Part shown: piece after piece, positions 7,108 through 16,516 of the stretch | Layout: each line of letters opens with the position of its first letter | Numbering within the stretch: the stretch's first letter is position 1 | Source: a virus | Virus record (IMG/VR): IMGVR_UViG_2915168811_000001 | Length of the DNA stretch: 64,000 nucleotides | Strand: one strand, 5' to 3' | Program-made: the position numbers and the translations under genes | The notes under the pieces: model-generated | What the model saw: only the letters and a program-made list of their open reading frames with translations | What the model was told of the DNA's origin: nothing | Database searches by the model: none

Positions 7108-7784
7108 TGCTGAAATCCCATGCGATCCAGGATCAGGGAGTTTGTGGTCTGGTCGTCTGTCACATCCCGGGTGACTCTGCGGAAGAGCTTCCGTCGACGG
7201 ACCGGGGTTCTATCCGGCATCGCGCCGATGAGGTCGAACTGCTTGAACTCCTCAAGCTGACCGATCCGTGCGACTTCTTCTAATAGCCAGGTGACCCCGC
7301 GACCACCCAGTACGGCCAATTGACGATCGGCGTCTGGGACGAGACTGAAGGGGGCTGCACTGAGGTCCTTGAACCATTCCGAACCGCTGTTGAACAGGTC
7401 AATGTAATCGATGATTTGCACACCCCACGCCCCGGCCTCGGACAGGTCTGCATACACGCGCCGAAGATCAGACTGGACGTTACGTTCCATGGTCGCCGTA
7501 TCGACGATCACCAGATCCGCGGTGCTGAGAACAACGCTTTCGATAAAAGCTGTCACATCCTCTTCCGGTACAGGCGGGTACCGCCCCTGGAAAGAGAGAT
7601 CAGCAACATCGACGAGCATCCCTCTACTTCGCGCCAGCGACGCCACCTCCGCGGCAAGAGTTGACTTCCCGCTCCCGCCTCTTCCTGACCAGACAATGAG
7701 GATTTCAGGAGCCTTCTTCTGCTGTTCGATAGTGGCGCTCGGTGCGAGTGCCGTGTCGCTGGTCGTGTCGTAGTGCTCGCTCAT
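7098..7784 (-). CDS. P-loop NTPase (ParA/MinD-like)
   Basis: GRGGSGKST Walker A, VADL, DLVIVDT. Confidence 0.7.
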   Translation of the reverse strand: MSEHYDTTSDTALAPSATIEQQKKAPEILIVWSGRGGSGKSTLAAEVASLARSRGMLVDVADLSFQGRYPPVPEEDVTAFIESVVLSTADLVIVDTATMERNVQSDLRRVYADLSEAGAWGVQIIDYIDLFNSGSEWFKDLSAAPFSLVPDADRQLAVLGGRGVTWLLEEVARIGQLEEFKQFDLIGAMPDRTPVRRRKLFRRVTRDVTDDQTTNSLILDRMGFQHRA

Positions 7785-10204
7785 CGCCCCAGCTCCTCGA
7801 ACTCGGCTGCGGCCATGACCTCGATGCCGAGCGCTTCGGCTTTGGCGAGCTTCGATCCCGCTTTGTCGCCGGCAATGAGCAGGTCGAGGTTCTTCGATAC
7901 GGAGGACGCGACGGTGCCGCCGTGCTCCTCGATACGCTCCTCCGCCTGCTTGCGGGACAGGGTCGGGAATGTGCCGGTGACGAGAACACGCTTGCCGGTG
8001 AGGGGCTGCACGGGGTGTGCTGATTGGCCAGCGTTTCGAGTGCTGGCCAACTTCGCGCGAATCTCGTCAGGGAGAAAGTCGCTCTTGGGAGCAGCCAGGT
8101 CGGATGTGCTGTTCGCTTCAGGTAGGTATTTCGACCAGTCCCAAGTCATCATCATCCGGGCGCTGCCGACCCACTTCCAGAGCCGCTCCATCACCTCGGG
8201 TTCGCGGAGTTGAGCCAAGGTACCTTCCCCGAACCCAGGGATGGACAGGATCTCCTCGTTCGTCATGTCATGCAGGTACAGGAACGGCCCCGTGCTCGTG
8301 TCCAGATATGCGGTGCCTCCGCGCGCATCAGCAATCGCTTGAGCGATCTTCTTCCCTGCTCGCACCCCAATACCTGTGGCGCCGACGGCGGCGATCCATT
8401 TGGCTGGATCCTGGGGTTCGCTTAGCTTGAGATCGATTTCCTCTGCAAGCTTGTCCACCAGCTTCTGAGTACCGCGCTCGAATGGAAGCACCTTTCGGAA
8501 CCTGAACGATTCAGCCAGCTCAGGGAAGTCAGTGATCTCCGGATTCGATGCCAGCAGGCGACTGACAACGTCTTCGCCGAGGCCGAGGATGTCGAGTTTC
8601 GACGCAGCGAAGCTGATCGCCTTCACCGGATCGGTGCCGTTGTCGTGCACGAAATCACGGCCCTCGCGGCGGTAGGGAGTAGTAATTTTCCAGGCGATGA
8701 GGCAGCCTTCGAGCCAGCGTTGCACGGCGAAAACCATTTCATCCTGATCAAACGCTGCAGCGAGGCTGCGCTCGATGTCGTCCCCAAACTCAGGGGGTGC
8801 AAAAAACGCCGAGTGGTCGAAATACTCGCGGTCTTCAAGATCAGCCTGGCGCTCCCGGTTCCCGTCAAAATCAGTAACGAGCTTGATGTCGTCCCCTCGA
8901 CCGGGTTGGAAATTGATGACTGTAATGAGGCGGTTGTCCCTGCTTCGCCCGAACTCCTGCCAGCACAGCACTCCGGCTCCGATCGGCCATCCGTCAGGCC
9001 CGGGGATCGGCGTCGCGCCCGCGGCGTGCTCACCGATGCGGCGCACGACGTTCGGGATGACTTCGTTCGCTCGGGTGACTTCGATGGTGTCGCCGATCCA
9101 CACGTCGAGCTCTTCGAGGAAGGCGACGTTGTTCAGGGTGGCGCGCGACACCATCGCACCGGACAGCTCGACGGTGTCGAACACCGCGGTGGGTACAACG
9201 CGGCCGGTGCGGGTTTCTGACCACTCCACGGCGCGCAGTACGGTCTGCTTGGGGCGATTCGGGAACTTGTAGGCGAGCGCCCAGCGCGGGGCAGTCGACG
9301 ACTCGCCCAGCTCGGCGCGGAGCGAGGGGTCGGTGAGCTTCACGACGACGCCGTCGGTTTCGACGTCGAGGAGTTCCGCTTTGGCGTCGAGCCAAGCGAC
9401 AGCGGCGGCGACCGGCGTGCGGTGGTCCGCGAAAGGCGACTGCGGCAGCAGGTGCCGGGCGAAGTGCGAGGTCAAGCCTGACGGCTTCGCGCTCAGATCG
9501 GTGGCTTCCGTGGATCGGTCTGCGAGGGAGACTGCGCCGTCGGCGTCGTACGCCAGGAAGGTGAGGAGTCGCCCCGCTTCTGCGGCTGCAATTGCAAGGG
9601 CATCCCGCTTCGCGGGCTTGCCGATGTTCCGTGCGATTTTGGCGATAAGGCCAGCGGCAGCGTTGCGCGGATTCGAGAGCAGTTCCTCGTTGACGGACGC
9701 CAGCACTTCGTTGTTGTGATTGAACTTGGAGCGTGTCATGACGATCTCGCCCCGCACTTCGCCGGCGCCATCCAGCTTGAGGGGGAAACCCTGCCGGGCG
9801 AAAATCTCCCGGATCGCAGGCGTGATGTCCTCGCCGCGCTCCCCGTCGCCCCGGGTGAGGGCCCGCTCGAGATGCCCGTCGGCGCCGTAGCGGACGGACG
9901 CGGCCAGCCCGTCCCACTTCGGCTCGATCGCGTACGCGGCGTCAGGGTGTGAGGCCAGCAGGGCTTCGAGGTCGGCGACGTCGTGCACCTTTTTCAGGCT
10001 GAGCATGCGTCGCCCGTGCGCGATCTTGCCGCCTGTGGCGCCGTGCCCAACCTGCTCGGCTACACCGCGGGACGCCAGTTCGGCGGTGAGGCTGTCGAAG
10101 GCATCATCGGTCAACGGTGATCCGTCGCCGCCGTAGTAGGCGTCGGCGGCGCGGTCACGCTCCGCAATCAGGTCGTCGGTCGCGCGGGTGCTGAGGTCGG
10201 ACAT
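7781..10204 (-). CDS. ligA: NAD+-dependent DNA ligase with atypical central insert
   Basis: EPKWDG adenylation motif, EVRGE, TDGVVVK, PRWALAYKF, OB fold, HhH, C-terminal BRCT (VLVTG...VSKNLDLLIAGDKAGSKLAKA). Confidence 0.95.
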   Translation of the reverse strand: MSDLSTRATDDLIAERDRAADAYYGGDGSPLTDDAFDSLTAELASRGVAEQVGHGATGGKIAHGRRMLSLKKVHDVADLEALLASHPDAAYAIEPKWDGLAASVRYGADGHLERALTRGDGERGEDITPAIREIFARQGFPLKLDGAGEVRGEIVMTRSKFNHNNEVLASVNEELLSNPRNAAAGLIAKIARNIGKPAKRDALAIAAAEAGRLLTFLAYDADGAVSLADRSTEATDLSAKPSGLTSHFARHLLPQSPFADHRTPVAAAVAWLDAKAELLDVETDGVVVKLTDPSLRAELGESSTAPRWALAYKFPNRPKQTVLRAVEWSETRTGRVVPTAVFDTVELSGAMVSRATLNNVAFLEELDVWIGDTIEVTRANEVIPNVVRRIGEHAAGATPIPGPDGWPIGAGVLCWQEFGRSRDNRLITVINFQPGRGDDIKLVTDFDGNRERQADLEDREYFDHSAFFAPPEFGDDIERSLAAAFDQDEMVFAVQRWLEGCLIAWKITTPYRREGRDFVHDNGTDPVKAISFAASKLDILGLGEDVVSRLLASNPEITDFPELAESFRFRKVLPFERGTQKLVDKLAEEIDLKLSEPQDPAKWIAAVGATGIGVRAGKKIAQAIADARGGTAYLDTSTGPFLYLHDMTNEEILSIPGFGEGTLAQLREPEVMERLWKWVGSARMMMTWDWSKYLPEANSTSDLAAPKSDFLPDEIRAKLASTRNAGQSAHPVQPLTGKRVLVTGTFPTLSRKQAEERIEEHGGTVASSVSKNLDLLIAGDKAGSKLAKAEALGIEVMAAAEFEELGR

Positions 10205-10244
10205 TTCACTCCAGGTCTTCGCCGCACGTTGCGGCTCTCACCTC

Positions 10245-10256
10245 AGTGATGCGCGG
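10245..10256 (-). promoter_or_regulatory. Class A motif CCGCGCATCACT
   Basis: 40 nt upstream of the ligA ATG. Confidence 0.8.
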
Positions 10257-10258
10257 TG

Positions 10259-10708
10259 TCAGAAAACGATCGGGCAGATGCTCGGGTCGTGACCGACGCC
10301 GGACTTCTTGCCGTAGTGCCAGAGCTCGGCTTTCTGTTCGACTCCACGAACTTCCCAGCAGTCAGGGAGGCGTAGGACAGAAACCACGGACTTCGGCGCG
10401 ATCCCTGGTCGTGCGCGGTACTGGTCCGCGGCGTCACAAGCGGTTATACCGTTGGGGTTGAATCCGTGCTCAGTGCTGATGGAGCGGACCAGTCGCTCGA
10501 ACACTGCGCCGCCGGGCACGCCAAACATGATCTGCCCGCCGGTCAGAGCGGCCCGAGCTGCTGCTGCGGCGGTGATCTTGCGCATCGAAGTGAGCTGGGG
10601 ACCTCGGATGTACCAGCCCGCTTTCGAATGCCGTCGGATTTCGAAGTACTGGTCGGTGTATCCATGGAGCGCGGACCCGTCACCTTTCAGGGACTCAGCC
10701 ATCGTCAC
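10259..10708 (-). CDS. Hypothetical protein
   Basis: 149 aa ORF, overlaps the upstream stop. Confidence 0.6.
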   Translation of the reverse strand: MTMAESLKGDGSALHGYTDQYFEIRRHSKAGWYIRGPQLTSMRKITAAAAARAALTGGQIMFGVPGGAVFERLVRSISTEHGFNPNGITACDAADQYRARPGIAPKSVVSVLRLPDCWEVRGVEQKAELWHYGKKSGVGHDPSICPIVF

Positions 10709-11103
10709 TCACTCCCATTGCCGCGATGCAGCAGCCGCACACGTGGTGAATATTGTCCGAATCGGGTGCTGAAGGCGATCACGCGATCGCTCGGCTCGAG
10801 TGTGTCCCCGTCTTCCCGATCGCTCGGGTCAAGGCGTAGCCACCCGCGAACGGATAGCTTCTCGAAGTACACGTAGTTGGGCTGGGGCCCGTACTGCTCG
10901 GGCGCCGCAGATTCGTCGACTTGGACTAGAGATCGGGTGGGAAGGAGATCGAGCTGAACGGCTGATGTGATGCGCGTGCCTGTAAGCGCCGCGACGAGTT
11001 GCGAGATCAGTCCGTGCGCTTCTGAGGCATGAGGGGCGGAAGGATGGTTGAGCCAGGATTGCGCGCGCGCGATTAGCTTCGCGAAGTCCGGAGCGCCACT
11101 CAT
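10705..11103 (-). CDS. Hypothetical protein
   Basis: ATG at 11103 overlaps the DUF3039 stop (ATGA). Confidence 0.55.
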   Translation of the reverse strand: MSGAPDFAKLIARAQSWLNHPSAPHASEAHGLISQLVAALTGTRITSAVQLDLLPTRSLVQVDESAAPEQYGPQPNYVYFEKLSVRGWLRLDPSDREDGDTLEPSDRVIAFSTRFGQYSPRVRLLHRGNGSE

Positions 11104-11351
11104 TTCGGCATCGATTCGTACACCTTGACGCAGTCGGGGCAGATCGGGAACTTCTCGGGGTCGCGCGACGGCGTCCACAGCTTCCCGCAGAGCGCCTTGA
11201 CCGGCTTGCCCGTCAGCGCGGACTCCAGGATGAGCTCCCGGGGCACGTAGTGCGAGAACCGCTCCTGGTCGCCGTCCTCAACGAACGCGCGCTCGGTGGT
11301 CTCTTCTATGCGTTCGAGGAGGTCGGTGCCTCCGGTGTCGGTGTTCGTCAT
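11100..11351 (-). CDS. DUF3039-family protein (conserved actinobacterial, Cys/His-rich)
   Basis: FSHYV...ALTGKPVKALCGKLWTPSRDPEKFPICPDC. Confidence 0.9.
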   Translation of the reverse strand: MTNTDTGGTDLLERIEETTERAFVEDGDQERFSHYVPRELILESALTGKPVKALCGKLWTPSRDPEKFPICPDCVKVYESMPK

Positions 11352-11392
11352 GGGCTCCTCGATTCCTGGCCGAACGTTTCGACCTCACTTGC

Positions 11393-11404
11393 AGTGATGC
11401 GCGG
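11393..11404 (-). promoter_or_regulatory. Class A motif CCGCGCATCACT
   Basis: 41 nt upstream of the DUF3039 ATG, just after a terminator. Confidence 0.8.
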
Positions 11405-11441
11405 TGAAGGCCTGGTGCGTGGCAAAACGGCGTAAACACAG

Positions 11442-11485
11442 CAACGAGGCCAGCTCCCTGAGCATCACGGAAGCTGGCCTCGTTG
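11442..11485 (-). terminator. Hairpin terminator
   Basis: caacgaggccagct/agctggcctcgttg inverted repeat after the lipoprotein stop. Confidence 0.7.
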
Positions 11486-11496
11486 ACTGACTGCGC

Positions 11497-13296
11497 TTAC
11501 AGAACCGGCTCAACCTCTGCTTCCAGAACCGTCACTGCGTCTTCGGTTGCCGGGTCGACGACCACAGGCTCCTCAGCAGGTGCTGGTGGCTCGACGATTT
11601 CCACCTGGACCACCTCGTCAGTCACTGCCGGCGCCGGGCTGTTCACCTCGACGTTCACGAAGTCGTCCGTGGCGACGCTTTCGTCAGCCGTCACCTCATC
11701 CTGGGGTACTGCCGGAACCGCTTCGGGAGCGGTAGCGCGACCCTGCAGGCCCGCGGCGACGGTGACCTTCACTTCGCCGGAACCCATCGCTCCTACGGTG
11801 ATGACGGTGCCGGTGCCGGGGATCGTGAATGACTCCCCGGTGCTCCAGGTGGTGTCGTCCTTCCCGTTGGCGCCTGAGCGTGCGAACGCCTCGGTGGAGC
11901 CGTCTGCTTTCAGTTCGATGAGGCGGACGCCGAACTCGAAGTCGGGGTTGTATTTCTGCCCATCTGCGTAGAGCGCTCCGCTGTCGCGGCCTGAACCGTC
12001 GCGGTATTCGAGGAAAATCTTCCGACCGTCGCCGGTTTCGAAGACAATCGCTCGGGTGTCACCATCGCCGCTGATCGCCTGGAGTGTGAACTCGCGGCTC
12101 TCGCCAGCTTTCAGGTCCGGCTTCACGTAGTCACCGCTGAGCTTGTTCAGCTTCCACTGGTGTCCGGCGTTCAGCGCTTCCAGGGTTTTGTCGTTGCTGA
12201 TGACGGTGCCGTTGTAGCTGTAACGCCATCCGAGACTCATGGGGTCGTAGATGTCGTAGTACTCCAGCGCCTCGGCGCAGTTCTTGAGCTCGGCGTCGCA
12301 TTTCTTCAGGTTCGAATGCCCGATGCCGTAGTTGTGACCCATCTCGTGCGCGAGTGCGTGAAGACCGCGGCCAGCTGCCCCGTCGATCGTTGCCCACGCC
12401 CAGCCGCCGTTCTGGAATCCGGTGCCGACAGATGCGACACCGTTTCCGACGCTACTGCCGCTGCAGCTGGGGTCAGTGAGCATGATGATCTGGTCTGTGG
12501 GAAGACGTCCGGGGAGCAGCGCGGACGCCGCCTGGGCGGCTCCTCCGTAGCCTCCACCGCATCCGGAGCCCGTGCTGTCACGGATGACGACTCCATGCAG
12601 TTCATATGCCTGGAAGCCCGAGCCGGCGTCTGCATACAGCGACGCAATCTTCGCCAGCATCTCGTCGATCTGCGCGTCCGTCGCAACGGCGTTCGTGTCC
12701 ACGCCAGGCTTGGTGAAAACGACGACGCTGACCTTCTTGGTGACGACCGGATCGACGGGATCGGTCGGATCGACTGGGTCTACCGGGTCGACAGGATCTA
12801 CCGGGTCCACCGGGTCCACTGGATCGACCGGGTCCACTGGATCGACCGGGTCCACAGGGTCCACTGGATCCGCGGGGTCAACGGGATCGACCGGATCGAC
12901 CGGGTCAACGGGATCGGTCGGCTTCACTGGATCGGTCGGCTTCACCGGCTTCACTGGTGGCTTCAGTGCGGGCGGCACGAGCTGCGTGTTCCCGGGGACT
13001 CGGGTTGTGGGCACGGTGGGAGGCACTGCGGCGGGGTTACTCCACGTGGCCAGCGACGGGACTCCGACCGGCACGGCGCCTGATCCGGTGTCACCCTGAG
13101 GAGTGTTGTCGCTCGCTTTACCGCTGCTGGGCGCCTGCGACTTCGATTTCTCCTTCGCGGGCGCGGCGGGCGCAGGCTGCTTCGGCGAGACGTCAGGGTC
13201 CGGGGTTGAGCTTGTCTGGGTGCAGCCGGTCAACGCGATGGTTGAGATACAAGCGGCCGCGATGAGCGTGAACGTGTTTTTGCTGGAGCGTTTCAA
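11497..13296 (-). CDS. Lipoprotein with metzincin-type metallopeptidase domain and (DPV)n linker
   Basis: Lipobox LTGC; [11 protein letters not shown] (HExxHxxGxxH); PMS Met-turn; acidic tail. Confidence 0.8.
   Translation of the reverse strand: MKRSSKNTFTLIAAACISTIALTGCTQTSSTPDPDVSPKQPAPAAPAKEKSKSQAPSSGKASDNTPQGDTGSGAVPVGVPSLATWSNPAAVPPTVPTTRVPGNTQLVPPALKPPVKPVKPTDPVKPTDPVDPVDPVDPVDPADPVDPVDPVDPVDPVDPVDPVDPVDPVDPVDPVDPTDPVDPVVTKKVSVVVFTKPGVDTNAVATDAQIDEMLAKIASLYADAGSGFQAYELHGVVIRDSTGSGCGGGYGGAAQAASALLPGRLPTDQIIMLTDPSCSGSSVGNGVASVGTGFQNGGWAWATIDGAAGRGLHALAHEMGHNYGIGHSNLKKCDAELKNCAEALEYYDIYDPMSLGWRYSYNGTVISNDKTLEALNAGHQWKLNKLSGDYVKPDLKAGESREFTLQAISGDGDTRAIVFETGDGRKIFLEYRDGSGRDSGALYADGQKYNPDFEFGVRLIELKADGSTEAFARSGANGKDDTTWSTGESFTIPGTGTVITVGAMGSGEVKVTVAAGLQGRATAPEAVPAVPQDEVTADESVATDDFVNVEVNSPAPAVTDEVVQVEIVEPPAPAEEPVVVDPATEDAVTVLEAEVEPVL
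12746..12945 (-). repeat. 9-nt coding tandem repeat encoding about 20 DPV/DPT/KPT triplets
   Basis: Repeated gatccggtc/gacccggtg/gacccagtc variants. Confidence 0.9.
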
Positions 13297-13379
13297 GATT
13301 TCCTCTCAAAGAGATGAGGTGTAGTCAGGTGGGGCGCGCGTGAAGCTCCTTCTTCCGCGTGGGAAAACCCCTCGACGGT

Positions 13380-13391
13380 ATGTATGCGCGG
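13380..13391 (-). promoter_or_regulatory. Variant motif CCGCGCATACAT
   Basis: Upstream of the lipoprotein peptidase; shares the CCGCGCATA core. Confidence 0.5.
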
Positions 13392-13446
13392 GGGCTCCAA
13401 CCTCCAGATTCGAGATGCAATTACGGTCTGTCACGAAGTGCCCCAG

Positions 13447-13494
13447 ACCACGAAATGCCCCCGTCCAGACTGCGGAACGGGGGCATTTCGTGGT
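13447..13494. terminator. Hairpin terminator (18-bp arms)
   Basis: accacgaaatgcccccgt / acgggggcatttcgtggt. Confidence 0.8.
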
Positions 13495-13509
13495 GAACAC
13501 GATGTGTGG

Positions 13510-14022
13510 TTAGCCGATGGGGAACTCCGTGTAAACGAACTTTGTGATGCCGTTTGCCGGCTCAGTAACGACGGTCACGCCTCGCATTACGTCGCCTTCC
13601 TGAGCGTGCCAGTCCTGCTGCTCTGTGCCGTCGTGCACGGAAGTGCCGGCTGAGGTCCAGCCCATCTGTTCGAGCAGGACGCCGTAGTCAGTAATCACCG
13701 ACTGGTCAGCGATCCGCCCAGCAATGGTGAGAGTCGTGTACCCCGAAGCTTCCGACTGGTCGAGGTTGAAACCGACCTCCATGTTGCGGATCTTCGGCAG
13801 ACCCATTTCGTCGACCCAGCGCGGGCCGTAGTCGCCGATCGCCGACGGGTGATCCAGCGCGACGTCGAGAGGCTGCACTTCAGCTGCCGCTTCCTCGGTC
13901 GCAGCAGGCTTCGTGTCCGCCGTCTCCGCCGAGCCGCCGCCGGCGCAGCCGGTCAGCAGCAGCATGGACGTGACCGCGGCGACGCCGGTCGTGATGATTT
14001 TTGTGCGCAAAGAACCCTGCAT
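13510..14022 (-). CDS. Predicted lipoprotein
   Basis: MQGSLRTKIITTGVAAVTSMLLLTGC lipobox; start moved to ATG 14022. Confidence 0.75.
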   Translation of the reverse strand: MQGSLRTKIITTGVAAVTSMLLLTGCAGGGSAETADTKPAATEEAAAEVQPLDVALDHPSAIGDYGPRWVDEMGLPKIRNMEVGFNLDQSEASGYTTLTIAGRIADQSVITDYGVLLEQMGWTSAGTSVHDGTEQQDWHAQEGDVMRGVTVVTEPANGITKFVYTEFPIG

Positions 14023-14073
14023 TGATGCCTCATTCTGTCGAAGTGCAGCGAAGTCAGACACCTCGCCACCAGA

Positions 14074-14085
14074 AGTAATGCGCGG
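14074..14085 (-). promoter_or_regulatory. Class A motif CCGCGCATTACT
   Basis: Upstream of the 13510..14022 lipoprotein. Confidence 0.75.
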
Positions 14086-14116
14086 CGCAAGCGAACCCGA
14101 GGCCGAACTGGCCGCT

Positions 14117-14130
14117 GGATCGTATGTGTG
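14117..14130 (+). promoter_or_regulatory. Class B motif GGATCGTATGTGTG
   Basis: At the 5' end of the FtsK-like gene. Confidence 0.65.
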
Positions 14131-15837
14131 CAGGTAGGACATGAAATCTGGAAGGAGTCCGCCTTGGCTCAGGAGCGCACGTACGTTGACGTCCCCGACA
14201 AGTTCGACAACGGCAACCAACGCATGGTGGAGATGCTTACTGCGAAGGTGTCAGAGAAGAAGGGGCCCGGCTGGGTTGTTGATTCGTTCGACCCGGGGAT
14301 CCGTCGCATGCACTTCGTGCGCGAAACGGAGGTGACGCAGGTGAACCGCGGCTCCGGCGACTCCCTGCTTGTGGAGCTTGGCCGCATGGTGAAGGCGACC
14401 GAAGGCGAACGGGTTTCCCAGAAGCTCGAAGATGACAACCCCGGGTACTTCCTCACTGAGTTCCGGCCCCATCTCAAGCAAGCTCGGCTTTCCCGTCTGA
14501 ACGACGACGAGCGGCGATGCCGTGAAGCGGTGGCAGGCGTCATCGGTGTTCCCCGATGGGAGATCCAGGTTTCTCAGCGCAGCGACGGGGGCTTTTCGCT
14601 CATCCTCCCTCCGAAGTACTCTCCCGCGAAGCATGACAGGGGTCTGCAGGCGGTCGCAGATGAAGTTGTGGGCCGGGAGGGCTGGCTGGCGTCCATTGAC
14701 GCGCGCACGCTGCGCGGCGAGCTGATCCCAGCAGAGCCGCCGACGTTCCCCGCGATGATCAGTTACCCGTTCAAAGCGAAAGCCCGGAGCCAGTGGTCGA
14801 TCCCGGTCGGTGAGCGCCTCGGCGGTCTCGGTGAAGCGAACACGCCCCTGGAGATGGATTTCTCCGCCACCGCAGGCACCATGGTTTCCGGTACGGCTGG
14901 CGGCGGTAAGTCGGTCGGGATCAACGCCATGCTGTTCGGGTTCCTCAGCCGCGGCTGGGAGGTCGCGATCGGTGACATCAACCACAAGCAGCTCGACTTC
15001 ACGTGGATGAAGCCCTGGGTGCGCGAGAACGGTTGGGGTTGCGACTCACTCGCCCATACTGTCGCGATGCTTGGCGAGGTGTACGAGCAGAAAGAGCGCC
15101 GCACGGAGCTGCTGAATAACTACGGCGTGCAAAAGCTGCAGGACCTGCCGGACAGCGTGCGACCCAGGCCCATCGTGGTGATCATGGATGAGCTCACCGC
15201 CCTCTTCACGCAGGAGCCCATCCCGAAAGGGCTCCCGAAAGACCATCCGATGGTGATGGAGGCCCAGCAGCAGAACCTTGAGGTCGAGCTGATGAAGAAG
15301 TTCGTCCGGCGGATCCCCGCAGAGCTCCGGTTCGTCGGCATCCGAATCATTCTTGCGTCACAGATCTCGCAAGCGAACACCGGCGTCGATTCGACCATGA
15401 AAACGAACCTCCCGAACCGACTACTGTTCGGCGCCGCGGCGACGAAGAACCAGCGCGGCCATGCCTTGCTGAACCCGGAAGGGGTGCCGGAGGTGCCGTC
15501 CTGGGTTCAGAACGACAAGAGCGCCGCTCGAGGTTCAGGGCTGTTCGAGTTCGAAGGGGTCGAGCCGGGTGTCTTCAAGTCCTACTTCGCATCCACTGAC
15601 GACTATCGAGCCCGCCTTGAGGCGCTACGGCTGCCGACGACGATCAACACGACTCCGTCCCCGTCGACGATCGAGAAGCACGTCATCTCGTTGACTGACT
15701 CGGCGGAGGACGAGGGGTTCGGCCGCAAGGAACGGACGCTGGAGGCCTGGGAACTCGGACCGGACGGGCGTCCGTTGCAGGGCAGGGAGCGGGCAAATGC
15801 TGCCCGCCACCAGGCGACGATCGGCGCAGCCGGGTGA
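14128..15837 (+). CDS. FtsK/SpoIIIE-family ATPase
   Basis: GTAGGGKS Walker A, IVVIMDE Walker B, GIRIILASQ, RLLFG; start uncertain. Confidence 0.8.
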   Translation: MQVGHEIWKESALAQERTYVDVPDKFDNGNQRMVEMLTAKVSEKKGPGWVVDSFDPGIRRMHFVRETEVTQVNRGSGDSLLVELGRMVKATEGERVSQKLEDDNPGYFLTEFRPHLKQARLSRLNDDERRCREAVAGVIGVPRWEIQVSQRSDGGFSLILPPKYSPAKHDRGLQAVADEVVGREGWLASIDARTLRGELIPAEPPTFPAMISYPFKAKARSQWSIPVGERLGGLGEANTPLEMDFSATAGTMVSGTAGGGKSVGINAMLFGFLSRGWEVAIGDINHKQLDFTWMKPWVRENGWGCDSLAHTVAMLGEVYEQKERRTELLNNYGVQKLQDLPDSVRPRPIVVIMDELTALFTQEPIPKGLPKDHPMVMEAQQQNLEVELMKKFVRRIPAELRFVGIRIILASQISQANTGVDSTMKTNLPNRLLFGAAATKNQRGHALLNPEGVPEVPSWVQNDKSAARGSGLFEFEGVEPGVFKSYFASTDDYRARLEALRLPTTINTTPSPSTIEKHVISLTDSAEDEGFGRKERTLEAWELGPDGRPLQGRERANAARHQATIGAAG

Positions 15838-15843
15838 CCCTGG

Positions 15844-15855
15844 CCGCGCATCACT
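15844..15855 (+). promoter_or_regulatory. Class A motif CCGCGCATCACT
   Basis: 6 nt after the FtsK-like stop, upstream of 15929. Confidence 0.75.
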
Positions 15856-15884
15856 GCGGGAGTTACTTTTGCGCGCCCGCGCCT

Positions 15885-15898
15885 GGATCGCATGTGTG
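15885..15898 (+). promoter_or_regulatory. Class B motif GGATCGCATGTGTG
   Basis: 30 nt before ATG 15929. Confidence 0.7.
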
Positions 15899-15928
15899 TG
15901 AGTAGACGACAACAATTTGGAGGCACCA

Positions 15929-16489
15929 ATGTTCACGAAGCTTGACCCTGAAGCGGCTGCTAAGCCGGACGCGGAAGTGTTCCCGTTCACCTTCCTGCTG
16001 CAAGACAACTCGTTGATCGGATCGGACACCTTGACGGGGATTTGCGAAGCCACGATCGAGGGCTATGCAGACATTGGTGAGGCGGACACCGCTGACGGCG
16101 TCGACGAGCATCTTATGGCCCGCACAGACGCCCTAGCGAGCCTGGGCGGCACGCTGCAGGCTGTGCTGCTGGCTGAGGTGTCCGGTCGGATCCCCGGCAC
16201 CGAAGAGGCCCTGTCGGAGGACCAGCTGACCGCACTGCTGCATCCGAAAGGGGCTGAGGTGCTTGAGTTCGATGAGTGGACGCACCCTGACATCCCCTTG
16301 ATCCTGCTGGCGACACAGTACGCGCCCTACAACGACGAAGTCATCGCACCGGCCGGAGAGAACATCGTCTGGCTGAACGGCCACGACGAGCGCCGGTTCA
16401 TTCAGTCTCTCGAGCTGGTCGGTATGGGCAGTCTGCTGGTCAACGAGGCGAAACTCGAAGAGCGAGCACTTCTCGCTGAAGCTGCGTAA
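15929..16489 (+). CDS. Acidic hypothetical protein
   Basis: GGAGG RBS before ATG 15929. Confidence 0.7.
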   Translation: MFTKLDPEAAAKPDAEVFPFTFLLQDNSLIGSDTLTGICEATIEGYADIGEADTADGVDEHLMARTDALASLGGTLQAVLLAEVSGRIPGTEEALSEDQLTALLHPKGAEVLEFDEWTHPDIPLILLATQYAPYNDEVIAPAGENIVWLNGHDERRFIQSLELVGMGSLLVNEAKLEERALLAEAA

Positions 16490-16498
16490 GCGTCCGTC

Positions 16499-16509
16499 CC
16501 GCACATACT
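16499..16509 (+). promoter_or_regulatory. Class C motif CCGCACATACT
   Basis: Starts exactly 18 nt before ATG 16517. Confidence 0.75.
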
Positions 16510-16516
16510 CCGAACC

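Noticed and set aside
8017-9952. Plus-strand ORFs opposite ligA (e.g. 8645..9220, 9030..9917)
   Set aside because: Shadow ORFs antisense to a motif-rich gene. The same applies to 12160..13083, 20959..22290, 47416..48432, 54268..55239 and 54530..55351.
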